A stretch of DNA of 64,000 nucleotides, from assembly GCA_054600435.1 (NCBI GenBank), contig BAAIJX010000020.1, positions 248,001 to 312,000 on the forward strand, read 5' to 3'. Source of the stretch: Neophaeotheca triangularis. Taxonomy: Eukaryota. Both the position numbers and the translations under genes were made by a program. Positions 1-11,822 of this stretch are shown in pieces (positions within the stretch are counted from its first letter, which is position 1; each line of letters opens with the position of its first letter). The notes beneath the pieces are model-generated. The model saw only the letters and a program-made list of their open reading frames with translations. It was not told where the DNA came from and searched no databases.

Positions 1-1078
1 GCGGGATTCCCACAACGAGACGTCGTCCCATTGGTCGCCCATGTAGAGGTAGGTGGTCGATTTGGTACCTTCGAAGCGCATGGCCATGCCGGATTGGGAG
101 TTGAAGGTGCGCGTGTTGAGAGGGGCGACGATGAAGGGTTGGGACCAGGGGCCTTCGAGGTTGTCGGCTCGGAAGGCGACAACGTCTGTGGAGGTTGTTG
201 TTAGGAGGGGAGCGTTGGGTGGTCGGTCGGTTGGCTGTGGAGGGTACTTACTGTTGGGCCTGTAGCCGGTCTTGTGGCTCATCATGATGTAGTAGCTCTC
301 CTCAGTCTGAATGATGGCCGGAGCTTCCAAGTCGAACTTGTGGAAGCGGTGGACCAACTCTTCGGCTTCAGTGATGGCATCATTGTACCTGGTGATGTAG
401 TTGTCACGGCCCCAGACAGCATCGCCGTTGCTGAAGAGGTTGTACACCTCGCCGGTCTTGTAGTCGGTGAACATGCCAAAGTCCTGCGAGTAGTTGCCGA
501 GAGGCTGAGTAGCGTTTACGAATTCGTACGGGCCAGTGATGTCGTCCGATACGGCGAGACCTTGAAGTAACAATCCATAGGTCGAGTTGTCCGCGTGCCA
601 CCACATGTGGTATTGGCCGGTGACCTCGCTGTATGCGACTTTGGGGCGCTGGATGATATCGTCGGACGACATGATCCAGTTGTCTTCATCGGGCTCTATA
701 GATTACAGTAAGCTTCACATTCTCTTCTATCCATGTACTGTTATGGACCAACGTACCTAGGGCCAAATCCTCCCATGTCCAGTTCACCATGTCTTCCGAG
801 CTGTAGCATGAGACACCGGCGCCCTCTTCCTGCCCGGGAATCTTGTACTCGCCGAACCAGTAGAACCTTCCATCTTCATGTCTCGTGATGCCTCCAGCGT
901 GTCTGAGATTGAGATTAGTCTTACAAAATCCAAGTCCAACACATCCATGCAAAGCTGCTTACGCATTGACGAGCTCTCCACGGTTATCCCTCCATCGACC
1001 ACCGGGAACAATCCAAGCAGCATTGGCGACACTGCTAGCGGACAGCGCCGCGAGGGCATAAGAAGCGAGCCCTAACAT
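1..1078 (-). CDS. Secreted glycoside hydrolase family 43 (galactan 1,3-beta-galactosidase-like, GH43_24); multi-exon, 3' end outside the window
   Basis: Spliced translation MLGLASYALAALSASSVANAAWIVPGGRWRDNRGELVNA|HAGGITRHEDGRFYWFGEYK...IIQRPKVAY...QDFGMFTD...DLEAPAII...NSQS...YMGDQW. Signal peptide plus GH43_24-type motifs; three GT-AG introns. Confidence 0.85.
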
Positions 1079-1639
1079 TTTCAGACTCGAGAAGAAAAAC
1101 TTGGGAGCAAACAGCCAGAAAAGAGTTTCGAATCTGAGATGATCGACAGGAAAAATCCCACGGCTCTCTCCTTACCTATTGTTATATACCCATTGACGTC
1201 GCACAGCCAAGGCTCGAACCAAGCAGGTCCCGGTTCATTTTTCCACCGAGCAACAAGAGGAGACGACGTCGGTCAGGTTGTCGTTTGCATGAAAAGCTCT
1301 TGGAAGTTGGACATTCGACGTGAGTGTTGTGATGCTGCCAAGTACATCCCCGCATCCCTCAGGTCGGCTCCACTGAGGAGAGAATGCGGGCAGTAAAAGA
1401 GGTGGCGGGTCAAGGGGGCTACTCACCCGAATACGCGATCGCTAAGGGAACATGGGGAAACGGAAGGGATGTGTAGCTGGGGCAAGGTGGAGGTGATGAG
1501 AAGCGTTGCGCAGTAGCTTCTCGGCCATGTCAACTTTTCTTGAAGCGAGCTTCCCAAACAACGTTGATCAATTCGCGAATCAGAGGTATCGAACGCCGTT
1601 CCTGAAAATCGTACCGAAAATAGCTAGTAGAAGCTCCCA

Positions 1640-2953
1640 TCACTTCCGTCTGCCAGCGCGCGGCTTGGGGAAATCCAGAGGCAGCTTCAGCTTTGCTATC
1701 CTCGTTGCATTCGCAGCGGATTTGCTCAACTTCAACTTTTCCCGCTCGCTCTCCGTAGGCGCCGAAACCTTACATCCCAACTCATTAAAATACTGAGCTA
1801 TTTGTCTGTTCTCAAAGCGTAGATCCTCCTTCAAGTTCGTCGTGTTTGTAGTCCAGCCGTCGATGAACAAACTAAGAGCGCAGATATGAGTGTACAGGTT
1901 GTCCATGTGCCATTTGCTCAGCTCGTTGTTTTCGTTGCTGAAACGTTTGCGTACCGAGTCGACAACCTCTGGAGGGAATTGGTCCGCGGGTAGCTTTTCA
2001 GCGAGCACGTCCTTCTTCGGCACCTTGTGACCCGCGCGGCCGGCTTTGGCGAGGGCACCGTGGAAATGGAGCAGCAGATCGAGATAACGTAGCGCTTTGA
2101 GGCGGGATATGTCTTCAGACTGGGTTACTGGAGTAAGGTGGGATGCAGGGTAGCGGTAAGCCAATATGACCTCAGTTCCTGACGCGACCGCATCTTGCCA
2201 ATCCTTGACCGGTATCTGTCGCAGATCATGCGGCGGTATAAGAGTACGTAGAGAGTACACTTCCTCCACGGTCTCGGCTTCGAGATTGGGCTTGGGAATG
2301 GGTTTGCTAGCCAGAAGGGATGCATCCACGGCCTCTTTGCTCGGGGCGGCAGCTGCAGCGTTGCCAACAGTGTCGAGAATGGCCGATTGCACCGCATCCT
2401 TCTTCCCTTTGCCTTTGGTGTCTCGAGATATGGCGTTTTCCGTCTTGCTAGCTATCGCCTTCTTCGCCTTCTTCGTACCAAACTCCATACCAAGCTGCTC
2501 GCGCTGTTGGGCATAGCTGCGGTTCTGCTTGGCCGCTTCCACTTCCTGCGCTTCCGATCGCAGGGTACTCCTCAGACTGAGATGATGTGCTGGCACTACT
2601 TGCAGTGTGTTGTTGGCCGGATCGAAAACTGCCGTGTAGTGTGAGAGATGTTCGTCTAATGCGGGCGGCTTCGCGGCGTAGTCCAGTCGAGGATGTTTTG
2701 CTGAATGGAGGATGACATGGTGTGTCGCAGGTCGAGGGTCCTTCTTGGAGTCGATCTCGCCAGTGCGTGATTTGGCGTATGCCTTGAAAGGTACCGAGGG
2801 AGTAGTGAGGCCTGGTGTGCTAACCAGCACTGGATGCAAGCCTTTGCTTTCGCCCTGGATCACCTGAATAGAACCATCGCTGGCAGACTTTTTGTTGGGT
2901 GGCTCGACGCCATTGGACTGTCTCTTGCGCTTTTTGTGTTCCTTCTCTGCCAT
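1640..2953 (-). CDS. RPA49: RNA polymerase I subunit A49-like (RPA49/PAF53)
   Basis: 437-aa ORF with LGMEFGTKKAKKAI, KPIPKPNLEAETVEEVY and C-terminal YFNELGCKV...AKLKLPLDFP, typical of A49. Confidence 0.9.
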   Translation of the reverse strand: MAEKEHKKRKRQSNGVEPPNKKSASDGSIQVIQGESKGLHPVLVSTPGLTTPSVPFKAYAKSRTGEIDSKKDPRPATHHVILHSAKHPRLDYAAKPPALDEHLSHYTAVFDPANNTLQVVPAHHLSLRSTLRSEAQEVEAAKQNRSYAQQREQLGMEFGTKKAKKAIASKTENAISRDTKGKGKKDAVQSAILDTVGNAAAAAPSKEAVDASLLASKPIPKPNLEAETVEEVYSLRTLIPPHDLRQIPVKDWQDAVASGTEVILAYRYPASHLTPVTQSEDISRLKALRYLDLLLHFHGALAKAGRAGHKVPKKDVLAEKLPADQFPPEVVDSVRKRFSNENNELSKWHMDNLYTHICALSLFIDGWTTNTTNLKEDLRFENRQIAQYFNELGCKVSAPTESEREKLKLSKSAANATRIAKLKLPLDFPKPRAGRRK

Positions 2954-3776
2954 ATTGGTGATGTACGATTACCCGTTCGACTCCCGTCTGCCTCGAACTT
3001 TTTCGAGCAGCAACGGAAGAAGCATGTGAGAAAGGTGCTTCGCTTGACCTTCCGAATTTAGCGGACAAGACCCGAAACCGAGACCGGCGCTAGGGGTGGG
3101 GCATTATCACTGCGAGAGTGGCTCCTTTTCTCCCAAGTACCTGGGTAGTCTTTCCAGCCTTTTCTGCATAACGTTACCTAGTGATGTAGAATCTCCCGAT
3201 TCTCACCCTGGTAGCTCTGAAGCAGCGGCAATGGAAGTCACCCACCCAAGGTTGTATTTCAGTCCCTCCCGATCGTTACTGAGGTCCAATGTGGCTGTGC
3301 TGACGTGGCTTCTGAAGCTGCACCGCCAATGCGCGTCCTCCCAGACGCGTTGCCGTGCCGTGTGTGTGAAGTCAAACACTCGCCTCGCCGTCAGTAGTGG
3401 AGCCATCCAACGTCCAGCACGTCCAGAGCAAGTGGGGGGAAGCTCTCCAGCTAGAAGGAAACATGAAAACAAGGAATCGCAGCGAGTACCTTAGTGTTGC
3501 CTAGTTAGCTACACTTCTACGGACTTTCCACAACTACCTGCCTTCTCACCTCTAGAGACATTTCCTTGACCCTTTTCCCAACCTACCAGAGACCAGACCA
3601 AACACCAGTGCGTTAGAGATTAAATATCCAAACCCACCCCGCCTTCGAGGCTTCCGACCACGTCTCCCCCGACCTCACGCAGCCCGGGTCCTCGCAAACT
3701 AGAGATCCGACCCCAAAGCCACCCGAACCGCAACGACGCCCTGCGAGAAGCCTCACGCTCACGCTCGCCCGCAAAC

Positions 3777-4590
3777 ATGGCCCAATCAGGCCAACATCAA
3801 CAACAACAATCCAACAGCCAGGGAGACAAGCAGAACAAAGGCCCCCAAGCCAATGTCACACAAGCTCAAGATGCCTCACAAGACGTCGCCAAGGGCGCTC
3901 AGGATAAAGCTCAGAATGTGACGAGCGGAGTTCTAGGCTGGGTGCAGGAGAAAGCGGGCAGTGTGACGGCATGGGGCAAGGGGTTGCTGGACCGCTTCAT
4001 TCCACCGGAGCGGAGGGCGGAGCTCCTGGCCAAGCTCCAGAACTTCATGCTCGCGAATCCCAAACTTTCGGTAGGTTTCTAATTTATCTCGTGGTGGCTG
4101 CTTGGGGTTGTACTGACTTTGGGTGCAGTCTTTCCTCGGCATGAATATTGCCCTCACCGGTGTTCCGCTCGGGCTGTTCTTCCTCTTCTCCCTCACGGTG
4201 CTTATCTTTTCGCTCGTCGTTGGGCTGTTGCTCGGGCTGCTGTTTGCAGTGGCTTTCACGCTGTTCTGCGTCGGCGTGGCGCTTACGATTGTCCTGCCGA
4301 CTATCTTCTTTACCACGGCTGCTGCGACGTTTCTTTTCCTCTGGGGGCTGGGTGGCTATTACTTGCTGCAGTGGCTGAACAGCGCTAGTGATGAGGGCGA
4401 AGGCGAGAAGGGTGGCCAGGGAGGTGGGAAGACTGTGGGCGACTATTTGAACTCGTTCACTGGCGGCAGGCTCACGGGCTTCATGGATAGCGCTAAAGCT
4501 GATCAGGCCAAGGGCAGCATCGAAGGGTCCGGCGGTCAGCACGCCAAGCCTGGAGCTGATGGCAAAGGGGCTAATGGGCAGGGCCAGTAG
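3777..4590 (+). CDS. Promethin/LDAF1-like lipid-droplet membrane protein (2 exons: 3777-4070, 4129-4590)
   Basis: Intron 4071-4128 (gtaggt...actgac...cag) joins ...ANPKLS to SFLGMNIALTGVPLGLFFLF..., a long hydrophobic hairpin ending FLWGLGGY. Confidence 0.75.
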
Positions 4591-4866
4591 TGTCTTTTGG
4601 TCTTCCGGGGCGTGTTGATACTAGGCTGCCAACGTCGCGCCTGCACCGAAACGTGGATATGGTTTTTTGTAGCACACGAAATGAACGCGATCCGCAAGTC
4701 AATCTCAGCTGAACCCCGGACGCATCCGTTAGGCTGTGTCTGCATGCGTTGCGCACCGATGTGCGGCTCAGAAAACGCAAGGCAGTCGTCCCTTCGCCGG
4801 CTCTCTTTCGCGTGACTACTATGCACTCCATGCGTAAGATGAAATAATATGGCACGCATCCGCGTG

Positions 4867-6069
4867 TCAGTCGAACCATTGGACACTTCCCGGGCACTGC
4901 GGAGCATCAATAAAAAAATCGCCGAATGATGCCCTAGTGTCTAGGTCTGAAAGCTCAAAGTTTAGGTGCCCTGGCCCCAGTCCTTTGATGGATTCCGATG
5001 CTTCGTGAATGGGGTAAATCGCCGTGTGTACGTCGAGGCCACTGGGAAGACGTAAGGCGATGGCTTTTGAAACTCGCTGTCCGGCGTCTCTTTCCATGCC
5101 TATCTGGCTCATGCTGCGTTTGCGAATAATATTGTTGCAATGAATCTTCACGTGGCGTACCTCCTCCGAGGCATCGTACGTCGCCAGCCACTGTCTCAGG
5201 AATGGCTGTGGACCTATGTGCATGACGTACCAGAACAACCACGAGCGTCCTTTGGTAAGGTGCCTCGATTCGTCGCAAAAGCCACCGTCTACAGCATCTG
5301 CCCAATATCTAATGCCCCAAGTCTCCGGTGTCACCCAGCCACCCGTTGAAGCTAGGAGAGTAATCAACATGTTGAAACCTTCCAGAGCTTCGATGGATAG
5401 CTGGTTGATTAGCTGCAGTCGGTAATGCACAATTTTTCCTTCGCGTTTCTCTATGCTTCTAGGGACGGCGACTCGCGCCAATCTATGGTTGTCGCCGGCC
5501 AGTGTTGCCGTAGCCAGACTGAGCTTGCGAGAAAGACCGGATACTACGCTAAGAATTGCAGGGTCGTTGCTCGGGAGGTCATCGTAACGATCAATATTTC
5601 GGTCAATCAGGTGGAGCTGAAGAAGAGTCCTCAAGCCCAGAGTCACACTTTCCCGGACGTGATCGCCGGCTGGATGGTCGGAGGGTATCTTCCAAAGCCA
5701 TTCGTTAATGTTATGACCCGGAAATTTGAATCTTTGATAACGCCTGTTCGGATGCTCAATGAGCGCTGCTGCCATCCATCTGAATCGAAGCTCGTCCAGC
5801 CAGTGAAAATCGTGAGCCGCACCCGAGAGTTCAAGTACTCGACGAGGGATCACGGGAAATGTAGCTCTCGCCACTCCAGGGGCGATTGTCCCAATGTTGA
5901 CTGCGATAATGTCGTAGAGCCCATGACAGGTTTGGCGCATAGCATGCAAGGACGAAATGTTGCATTGTTGCAAAAGCAAGAGTACAACATCAGTCGGGAG
6001 ATCTGATAGCGACATTTTGGAACGAGTGCGAGTCACCGAGCTACGCCTATGTCTCTTGAAGGTTGGCAT
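4867..6069 (-). CDS. Hypothetical protein with N-terminal F-box-like motif
   Basis: 400-aa ORF; LSDLPTDVVLLLLQQCNISSLHAMRQTCHGLYDII resembles an F-box. Confidence 0.6.
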   Translation of the reverse strand: MPTFKRHRRSSVTRTRSKMSLSDLPTDVVLLLLQQCNISSLHAMRQTCHGLYDIIAVNIGTIAPGVARATFPVIPRRVLELSGAAHDFHWLDELRFRWMAAALIEHPNRRYQRFKFPGHNINEWLWKIPSDHPAGDHVRESVTLGLRTLLQLHLIDRNIDRYDDLPSNDPAILSVVSGLSRKLSLATATLAGDNHRLARVAVPRSIEKREGKIVHYRLQLINQLSIEALEGFNMLITLLASTGGWVTPETWGIRYWADAVDGGFCDESRHLTKGRSWLFWYVMHIGPQPFLRQWLATYDASEEVRHVKIHCNNIIRKRSMSQIGMERDAGQRVSKAIALRLPSGLDVHTAIYPIHEASESIKGLGPGHLNFELSDLDTRASFGDFFIDAPQCPGSVQWFD

Positions 6070-6597
6070 TCTCTTTGGTCGGGATTGCTGGCAATGGTTA
6101 ATGGGTTAAAAGGCTGCATTGGCTGATGCGTCTGCTGGAGAGGTTTGCGAAGTCTTCGACAGATAAGATGCTACAAGGAGTAGGCATAGATGGGGCCAAA
6201 AGTGTGGTTTTGAGAAGAGGTTGCTGCCTGAGTGGTAATGTAGCTACAACTGGGAAGAGCTTGGGGGGACAGCTTGAAGATCGTGCGAGTATTGGTACCT
6301 ACATTGAGTCAACAAGTTATTTTCAATGAAACAAGGCATTGATGGTATTCTCCTGCCAACACATTGGTAACGAGGGCGCACCTGGCAGAGATAACCGAAG
6401 GGAGGACGAACGCGAGGTCTCATTTCATCTCGGTGTTGACAAGCTAGCACGTGACTGCGAGTCTTGGTGAAGTCTTGGCAACGCAATCGCGGAAGCAGCC
6501 GTTCGAAATTCGCCCACCAACTTCGCACCTCCGAACGTCACGGCCAGCGACAGCGACAACAACCTCCCAGGACCAACCGAAGACATCCACCGACAAG

Positions 6598-6876
6598 ATG
6601 CCTGTACGTACCGAAACTAGGCAAGAGCCTCAAAGCGAGACGGTATACTAATATCCACGTCCCCAGTCCCACAAGTCGTTCCGCACCAAGCAGAAGCTGG
6701 CAAAGGCCCAGAAGCAGAACAAGCCCATCCCCCAGTGGATTCGTTTGAGGACCGGCAACACCATCAGGTACGATGAGTCGAAATGGCAGGTGTAGAGGAG
6801 CATAGTGTCTGACAGACATGCCCACAGGTACAACGCGAAGAGGAGACACTGGCGCAAGACCAGAATCGGCATCTAG
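6598..6876 (+). CDS. RPL39: 60S ribosomal protein L39 (eL39), 3 exons: 6598-6603, 6667-6767, 6828-6876
   Basis: Spliced product [51 protein letters not shown]; canonical introns. Not in the ORF track. Confidence 0.97.
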
Positions 6877-7287
6877 ATTACTCGCCTCGACTACATCCTT
6901 CACACCAGCCTTGCCCGAGCCCACCAATACTATTACACGATACCTCTACGACTTCCGGCATGCGACTACTTATGGACTTTCGATGGGGAAGAACAGTGGG
7001 TTAGAGAGGGTGATGAGCTGGAGTTGGGGGTGTGCGGCTAGCGAGCGGGTTTTGTCGCGCGTGGAAGAAATGGTGCGCCTTGATCGGTGCTGCTTCTGTG
7101 TCTAGCTAAGAATCCGCCGCGAGGTCAAAAATATGAGCCTGTGATACCACCTTATCCGTTCCGTCCAGTCGCGGCATGCGTACATTTGCCGGCGATAGGA
7201 CTTCCCACGGAATGCCACAACGCCTTGCTATCATTAATTTTTCACGAGAGGGAAGAACTCGCGCCGCCTATCCAGTCGACTGCAAAT

Positions 7288-8264
7288 CTAGTTCGCTCTT
7301 TGCTGGAGGGCATATTTGGGAGGCTACCTCTGTTAGCGAATTCTTTGACACTGCACCAAGGATATGTACGACCACTCACCTGCAAAGTATCAACTACCAG
7401 CAGCCTCTCCTCGCCCTTCCCCAACATATCAAAGATATGTACTTGCCCGTGCCGAATCTGCATAACACAGCTACTCCCAGCATAGCACACCTGGTTACCC
7501 TCCAGCATGAGAGAAGCCGAACCCGTCTCAGAAACATAGCCCGGCTCACCCTCAATCCCAGTCCGATTCGCAAAAACAATCGTAACATCCCCTTCAGGCT
7601 CCACAGTGAAAGGGTAAAACCGCTCTAGCCAATACGCCACAGTCGTCATGTCAGGCTGCCGGGGCTCCTTCATCAATTCCTCGGGCAAAAGCCTTGTCAA
7701 CCACGCCATCGACAAGACGACCAAGTTCGTCTGCTTCTTTACACAGTGCGTCGCGAACTCGTACGCCGTCCACGGCGCCGTGAATCGGTAGGGGTTAATG
7801 TCCATGCAGATTCCCATGCTGACGTTACCGAGGCTGTTGAGCGTGCCGTTGTAGAAGCTGCTGTCGCCTTCTGCTGCCCATGTTTCGTCCGTGTAGTAGA
7901 GAAAGGATTTGCGGTAGTGGGCTGTGATTTCTCCCGCTGGGGAGACTGTGACAAGGGCGTTGTAGTTTTTGCTAGTGCCGGTTTCGTCGGGGGTGGTTTT
8001 TTCCGGGTAGCCTACTGTTACGTAGCATTTGTAGCGCTGGGCTGTGCTTGTTGCCCATTCTGTTGTTGGGCCCGAGGAGGTGGGCTCGAGATGGGGCTCA
8101 ATGTGTTCCAGGCTGGAGAAGTTGTAGCCGGTGAAGGCTAGTTCGGGAAGGACAATCAAGTCGAGTTTGCTAGGCTTGCTGGCTTCTAAGATGGCGTTGG
8201 CGCGGGCGATGTTTGCTTTGAAGTCACCCAAGACGGGGCTGAACTGGAGGGTTGCGACTTTCAT
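7288..8264 (-). CDS. NTA1: Protein N-terminal Asn/Gln amidase (carbon-nitrogen hydrolase); intron 7324-7379
   Basis: VLPELAFTGYNF, HYRKSFLYYTDETWA, GICMDINPYRF and FANRTG are nitrilase-family/Nta1 motifs; terminal exon PPKYALQQRAN* follows a gtgagt...ctaac...ag intron. Confidence 0.88.
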
Positions 8265-8865
8265 GGCCTGGAGAAACAGTGCGGTGCTAGTTTAGGCAGC
8301 GCTATAACTGGTTTGAATCAAGTATGCTCCGGTTGGATGAGATATATGTGGCGTGTCGTCCTGTGACGAGAATCAATTTCGATTCTAAGGGGCAGCGATT
8401 TCGTGTCGCTTGTTTGTCCCACAGTAAGGATTCGACTTACCTTTCCTTCTAACGGAAAGGCGCTGAAGCGATAGCTCCGTTAGGATCGTTCACAGTCTTG
8501 TACACTGTGAGAAACCTGGGCAATGGTTTCGATTTTCCGAATATTCCGGGACAGAGAGCATAGAAATGTCAACTTTGAAAAGAGCAAATAGTACTTGCCT
8601 TCTTTGGATCACACCGTAATGATACGTGGCACGATCTGTTTATGTGTAATGCTCTTTCACGCACAGGATGTCAAGACTGCAGGTGCTGCTTCGTGGACAA
8701 ACCCAATGATGTTGATCGCGGCTTGCCTTCCCCATTCGGAGGCTTGACTTTAGATGTCTATGACGGGCTAGATTTCAATACCGATCACATTCACAGTACT
8801 GTAAGAAGTAATGCAATGACGCCTGGCATATCAAATAGCCACCCGAGGCGAACAGAACAATCTAT

Positions 8866-11148
8866 ATGGCCGGCAAAAGGCTGCTGGACGCAGCGAGGCT
8901 CTTCAATGTTGGAAGGTCGGTAGCGAGCCAGCATTTTGCTATTAGAAAGAAGCAATGGGATACGTACACCCAAACCTCGAGTCTGGCAAAGGCGGTCAAG
9001 AGCCAGACGGATAGAGTCACTGTTACGGCTGGCGCAGCGTACGAGTTGGCGAAAACGGTCAGCGAGACGGGACCACGATATGGACAGGCCTCGAGCCAGC
9101 CTCGACAACACGATGAACCTTCATCAACGCAAGAGAATGCCAGGGCGACGACAGGAGATGAGATACAGGCAGCATCGACAGCTTCAGAAGAGTATTGGCT
9201 ATCCTCGAAGCAAAAGCGCGAGCTTCAACGGGAATCAGAGTCGCAAATACCATCCTCGGCCGCGGGAGGCCAACCGTCAAGCCAGGCCCAGGGCGGACAA
9301 GATACATTCAACGAAAGGCCGGAAGTGATTACGCCGGAGCCTTCGTCTTTGCCTCGCACAAAGCTTCCCAAACACCCTGATGATGTTCAAGGGAGTGATG
9401 AACACGTTCCGCATGGAGAGTTGAATCAAGATGTCTACTACGGGACTGCAAAACGAGATGCCGCCGAAGAACTGCAAGACAGGACTGAAGGCGTTGAACT
9501 CGATGGAGCTTTTTCCAGCCCTCGAGTCTCGCAAATGCTGTACAAGGGAGGCGCGAAAACGGGCAGCCCTTACGCTAACAGGCAGAAGATGGCCCCGCAG
9601 CCTCTCCCTGAAATGGTAAAAGCGGCGGAGCAGCGCAAGACTGTCAGCGCTACAGCGCATAAGCCTAGTCAGGCCGTCAAAGCCACAAATGCTGCGTCCC
9701 CTGGAGACGCAGAAACAGCTGACCTTGCAGCATCCATTGCGCAAGAAGCCGAAGCGCAGCCATCCGAGCAAGAGGCCGCCGCTCAGCCAGCTGCTAAACC
9801 ATATGAGATGCGCGAATCGCGAGTACCTTCTTCACGATTTGGTCGGATCTGGCAATACAGCGGCCTCGCGACAAGTATGGCTTTCGGCGCAGTAGGAGAA
9901 GGATTTCGACGGGTTACTGGTGGCACTTCCACTGGTAGTGTCATGCTCAGCGAAGCGAACATGGAGCGCCTAGTAGCAAAGCTCAGCCGCATGAGGGGCG
10001 CTGCTTTGAAGCTGGGCCAGATGGTCAGCTTTCAAGACTCAAAGATGCTTCCCCCAGCTATCAACCAAGTCCTGCAGCGTGTTCAGGACAGCGCTGATTA
10101 CATGCCTGCTTCCCAGCGGGATAAGGTCCTAGTTGAGAACCTTGGACCCGACTGGCGGAGTCTCTTCTCGAACTTCGAAGAGAAGCCGTTTGCGGCTGCT
10201 TCGATCGGCCAAGTGCACAAGGCTACTCTAGCTTCGAATGGAAAAGATGTGGCTGTCAAGGTGCAGTACCCTGGTGTCAGAGATAGCATCGACTCAGATC
10301 TCAACAACATCTCGCTGCTGCTTACTGCGAGTCGCATCCTTCCCAAAGGCCTCTTCCTTGACAAGACTATTGCCAACGCTCGCGTCGAGCTAGGCTGGGA
10401 GTGCGATTACATCCGTGAGGCCGAAGCCTGCGGGCGCTTCCAAGAGCTTGTCGGTGATGAGACAAACATGTTTACCGTGCCCCACGTTTATGCCGAAGCT
10501 TCCGGCCCAGGTGTCCTAACAGCAGACTTCATGAAAGGCAGTGGCGTCACCAAAATCAAAGACCTAACAGAATCCGAGCGCGACTGGCTAGGCACTCAGG
10601 TCCTACGCCTCTGCCTCCGCGAACTAATGGAATGGCGCTTCATGCAAACCGACCCCAACTGGACAAACTTCCTCTACAACCGCGACTCCAAGAAGCTCGA
10701 ACTCCTCGACTTCGGCGCCAGCCGCGATTTCCCAGATGAATTCGTCGTGCCATACGTCAACCTCCTCATCGCCGCCTCCAAAGGCGACAGAGCCTCTTGC
10801 CAAGATCTGAGCATCGAGCTCGGCTATCTCACGGGCAAAGAAAGCGACGCCATGCTCAAAGCGCACGTCGACAGCATTCTCACTCTCGCGGAACCTTTCC
10901 TCGACTCCGCGCCGGAGGTCTATGATTTCCAGGGGCAGACCATCACCGATCGCGTGAGGGCGAATATTGGGCTGATGGTTCGGGAGAGGTTGGCGCCGCC
11001 GCCCGAGGAGACTTATAGTTTGCATCGCAAGTTGAGCGGGGCTTTCTTGCTTTGTGCGAGGTTGGGAAGTCGGGTCAAGGCTAGGGAGATGTTTGCGAAT
11101 GCTGTGAAGGTTTGGCACGGGAAAAGGGGGAAGGTCGAAGATGTGTAG
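8866..11148 (+). CDS. COQ8: Mitochondrial ABC1/UbiB-family atypical kinase (ubiquinone biosynthesis)
   Basis: MRGAALKLGQM, PFAAASIGQVH, VAVKVQYPGV, MQTDPNWTNFLY, LLDFGASR, PPPEETYSLHRKLSG. Confidence 0.95.
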   Translation: MAGKRLLDAARLFNVGRSVASQHFAIRKKQWDTYTQTSSLAKAVKSQTDRVTVTAGAAYELAKTVSETGPRYGQASSQPRQHDEPSSTQENARATTGDEIQAASTASEEYWLSSKQKRELQRESESQIPSSAAGGQPSSQAQGGQDTFNERPEVITPEPSSLPRTKLPKHPDDVQGSDEHVPHGELNQDVYYGTAKRDAAEELQDRTEGVELDGAFSSPRVSQMLYKGGAKTGSPYANRQKMAPQPLPEMVKAAEQRKTVSATAHKPSQAVKATNAASPGDAETADLAASIAQEAEAQPSEQEAAAQPAAKPYEMRESRVPSSRFGRIWQYSGLATSMAFGAVGEGFRRVTGGTSTGSVMLSEANMERLVAKLSRMRGAALKLGQMVSFQDSKMLPPAINQVLQRVQDSADYMPASQRDKVLVENLGPDWRSLFSNFEEKPFAAASIGQVHKATLASNGKDVAVKVQYPGVRDSIDSDLNNISLLLTASRILPKGLFLDKTIANARVELGWECDYIREAEACGRFQELVGDETNMFTVPHVYAEASGPGVLTADFMKGSGVTKIKDLTESERDWLGTQVLRLCLRELMEWRFMQTDPNWTNFLYNRDSKKLELLDFGASRDFPDEFVVPYVNLLIAASKGDRASCQDLSIELGYLTGKESDAMLKAHVDSILTLAEPFLDSAPEVYDFQGQTITDRVRANIGLMVRERLAPPPEETYSLHRKLSGAFLLCARLGSRVKAREMFANAVKVWHGKRGKVEDV

Positions 11149-11822
11149 GCCTATATTTCACGTTCCTGTACCATATTCGATCTGCCTTCGCGAGAGGTCA
11201 GCTGAGATAGTTGGCTTAACTTTCGGATTGACTGATTAATCATGTGCAAAGGTGTTGCTGGCTCTGCCTCCATTGAGCTACGTTCAGGCTTGTTTCCTGG
11301 GCGATAATATGCCCGGCCTTAGTGTTTGCAGCTGCTTACCGTGACACGAGAAGACTTGTGGATGACAACGCAAAAAGAATTGTGTCAATGGCTTCGATAT
11401 TCGTGAAGATATCGTGTTCTGTGTATACCACCCGAAGTAATATGTCGGCGTTAGCGCGTCCCCAAACTAGCTCTGATCCGAAATAGCCAATGAGAAAGCG
11501 TAATAACTCAAAGTGAATAAAGATAGGTACCTTACTTAGGTACGCCGCTCGGCATCCGGAAGTTGGGCTTCGAGGCACGGACGCAGCGGCCAGTAACCAG
11601 GGTCCAGCTTCGAGTCGCTGTTGATTGTTTAGCACGTTGAAGTCTATCTATCTTCTACGTACCACCACATCCCTATCCTGCCCCCTTTTCTGAGACATTG
11701 CTTACCGCTGGGCCAGTCCGACCAGCATCCATTTGGAAGAATCGATCTCACATACTCGCGGAACAGGGTGGACATTGAGCCAAGAACAGCATTGAGCTCG
11801 CCCGCCCACAGGCGGCGCAACC

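Noticed and set aside
7242..7379. NTA1 C-terminus as given in the ORF track
   Set aside because: It reads through a canonical intron (7324-7379); the spliced end at 7288 is more plausible.
8268..8440. Possible snoRNA in the putative NTA1 5'-UTR intron (also checked in the RPL41 introns)
   Set aside because: No convincing C/D or H/ACA box arrangement seen.
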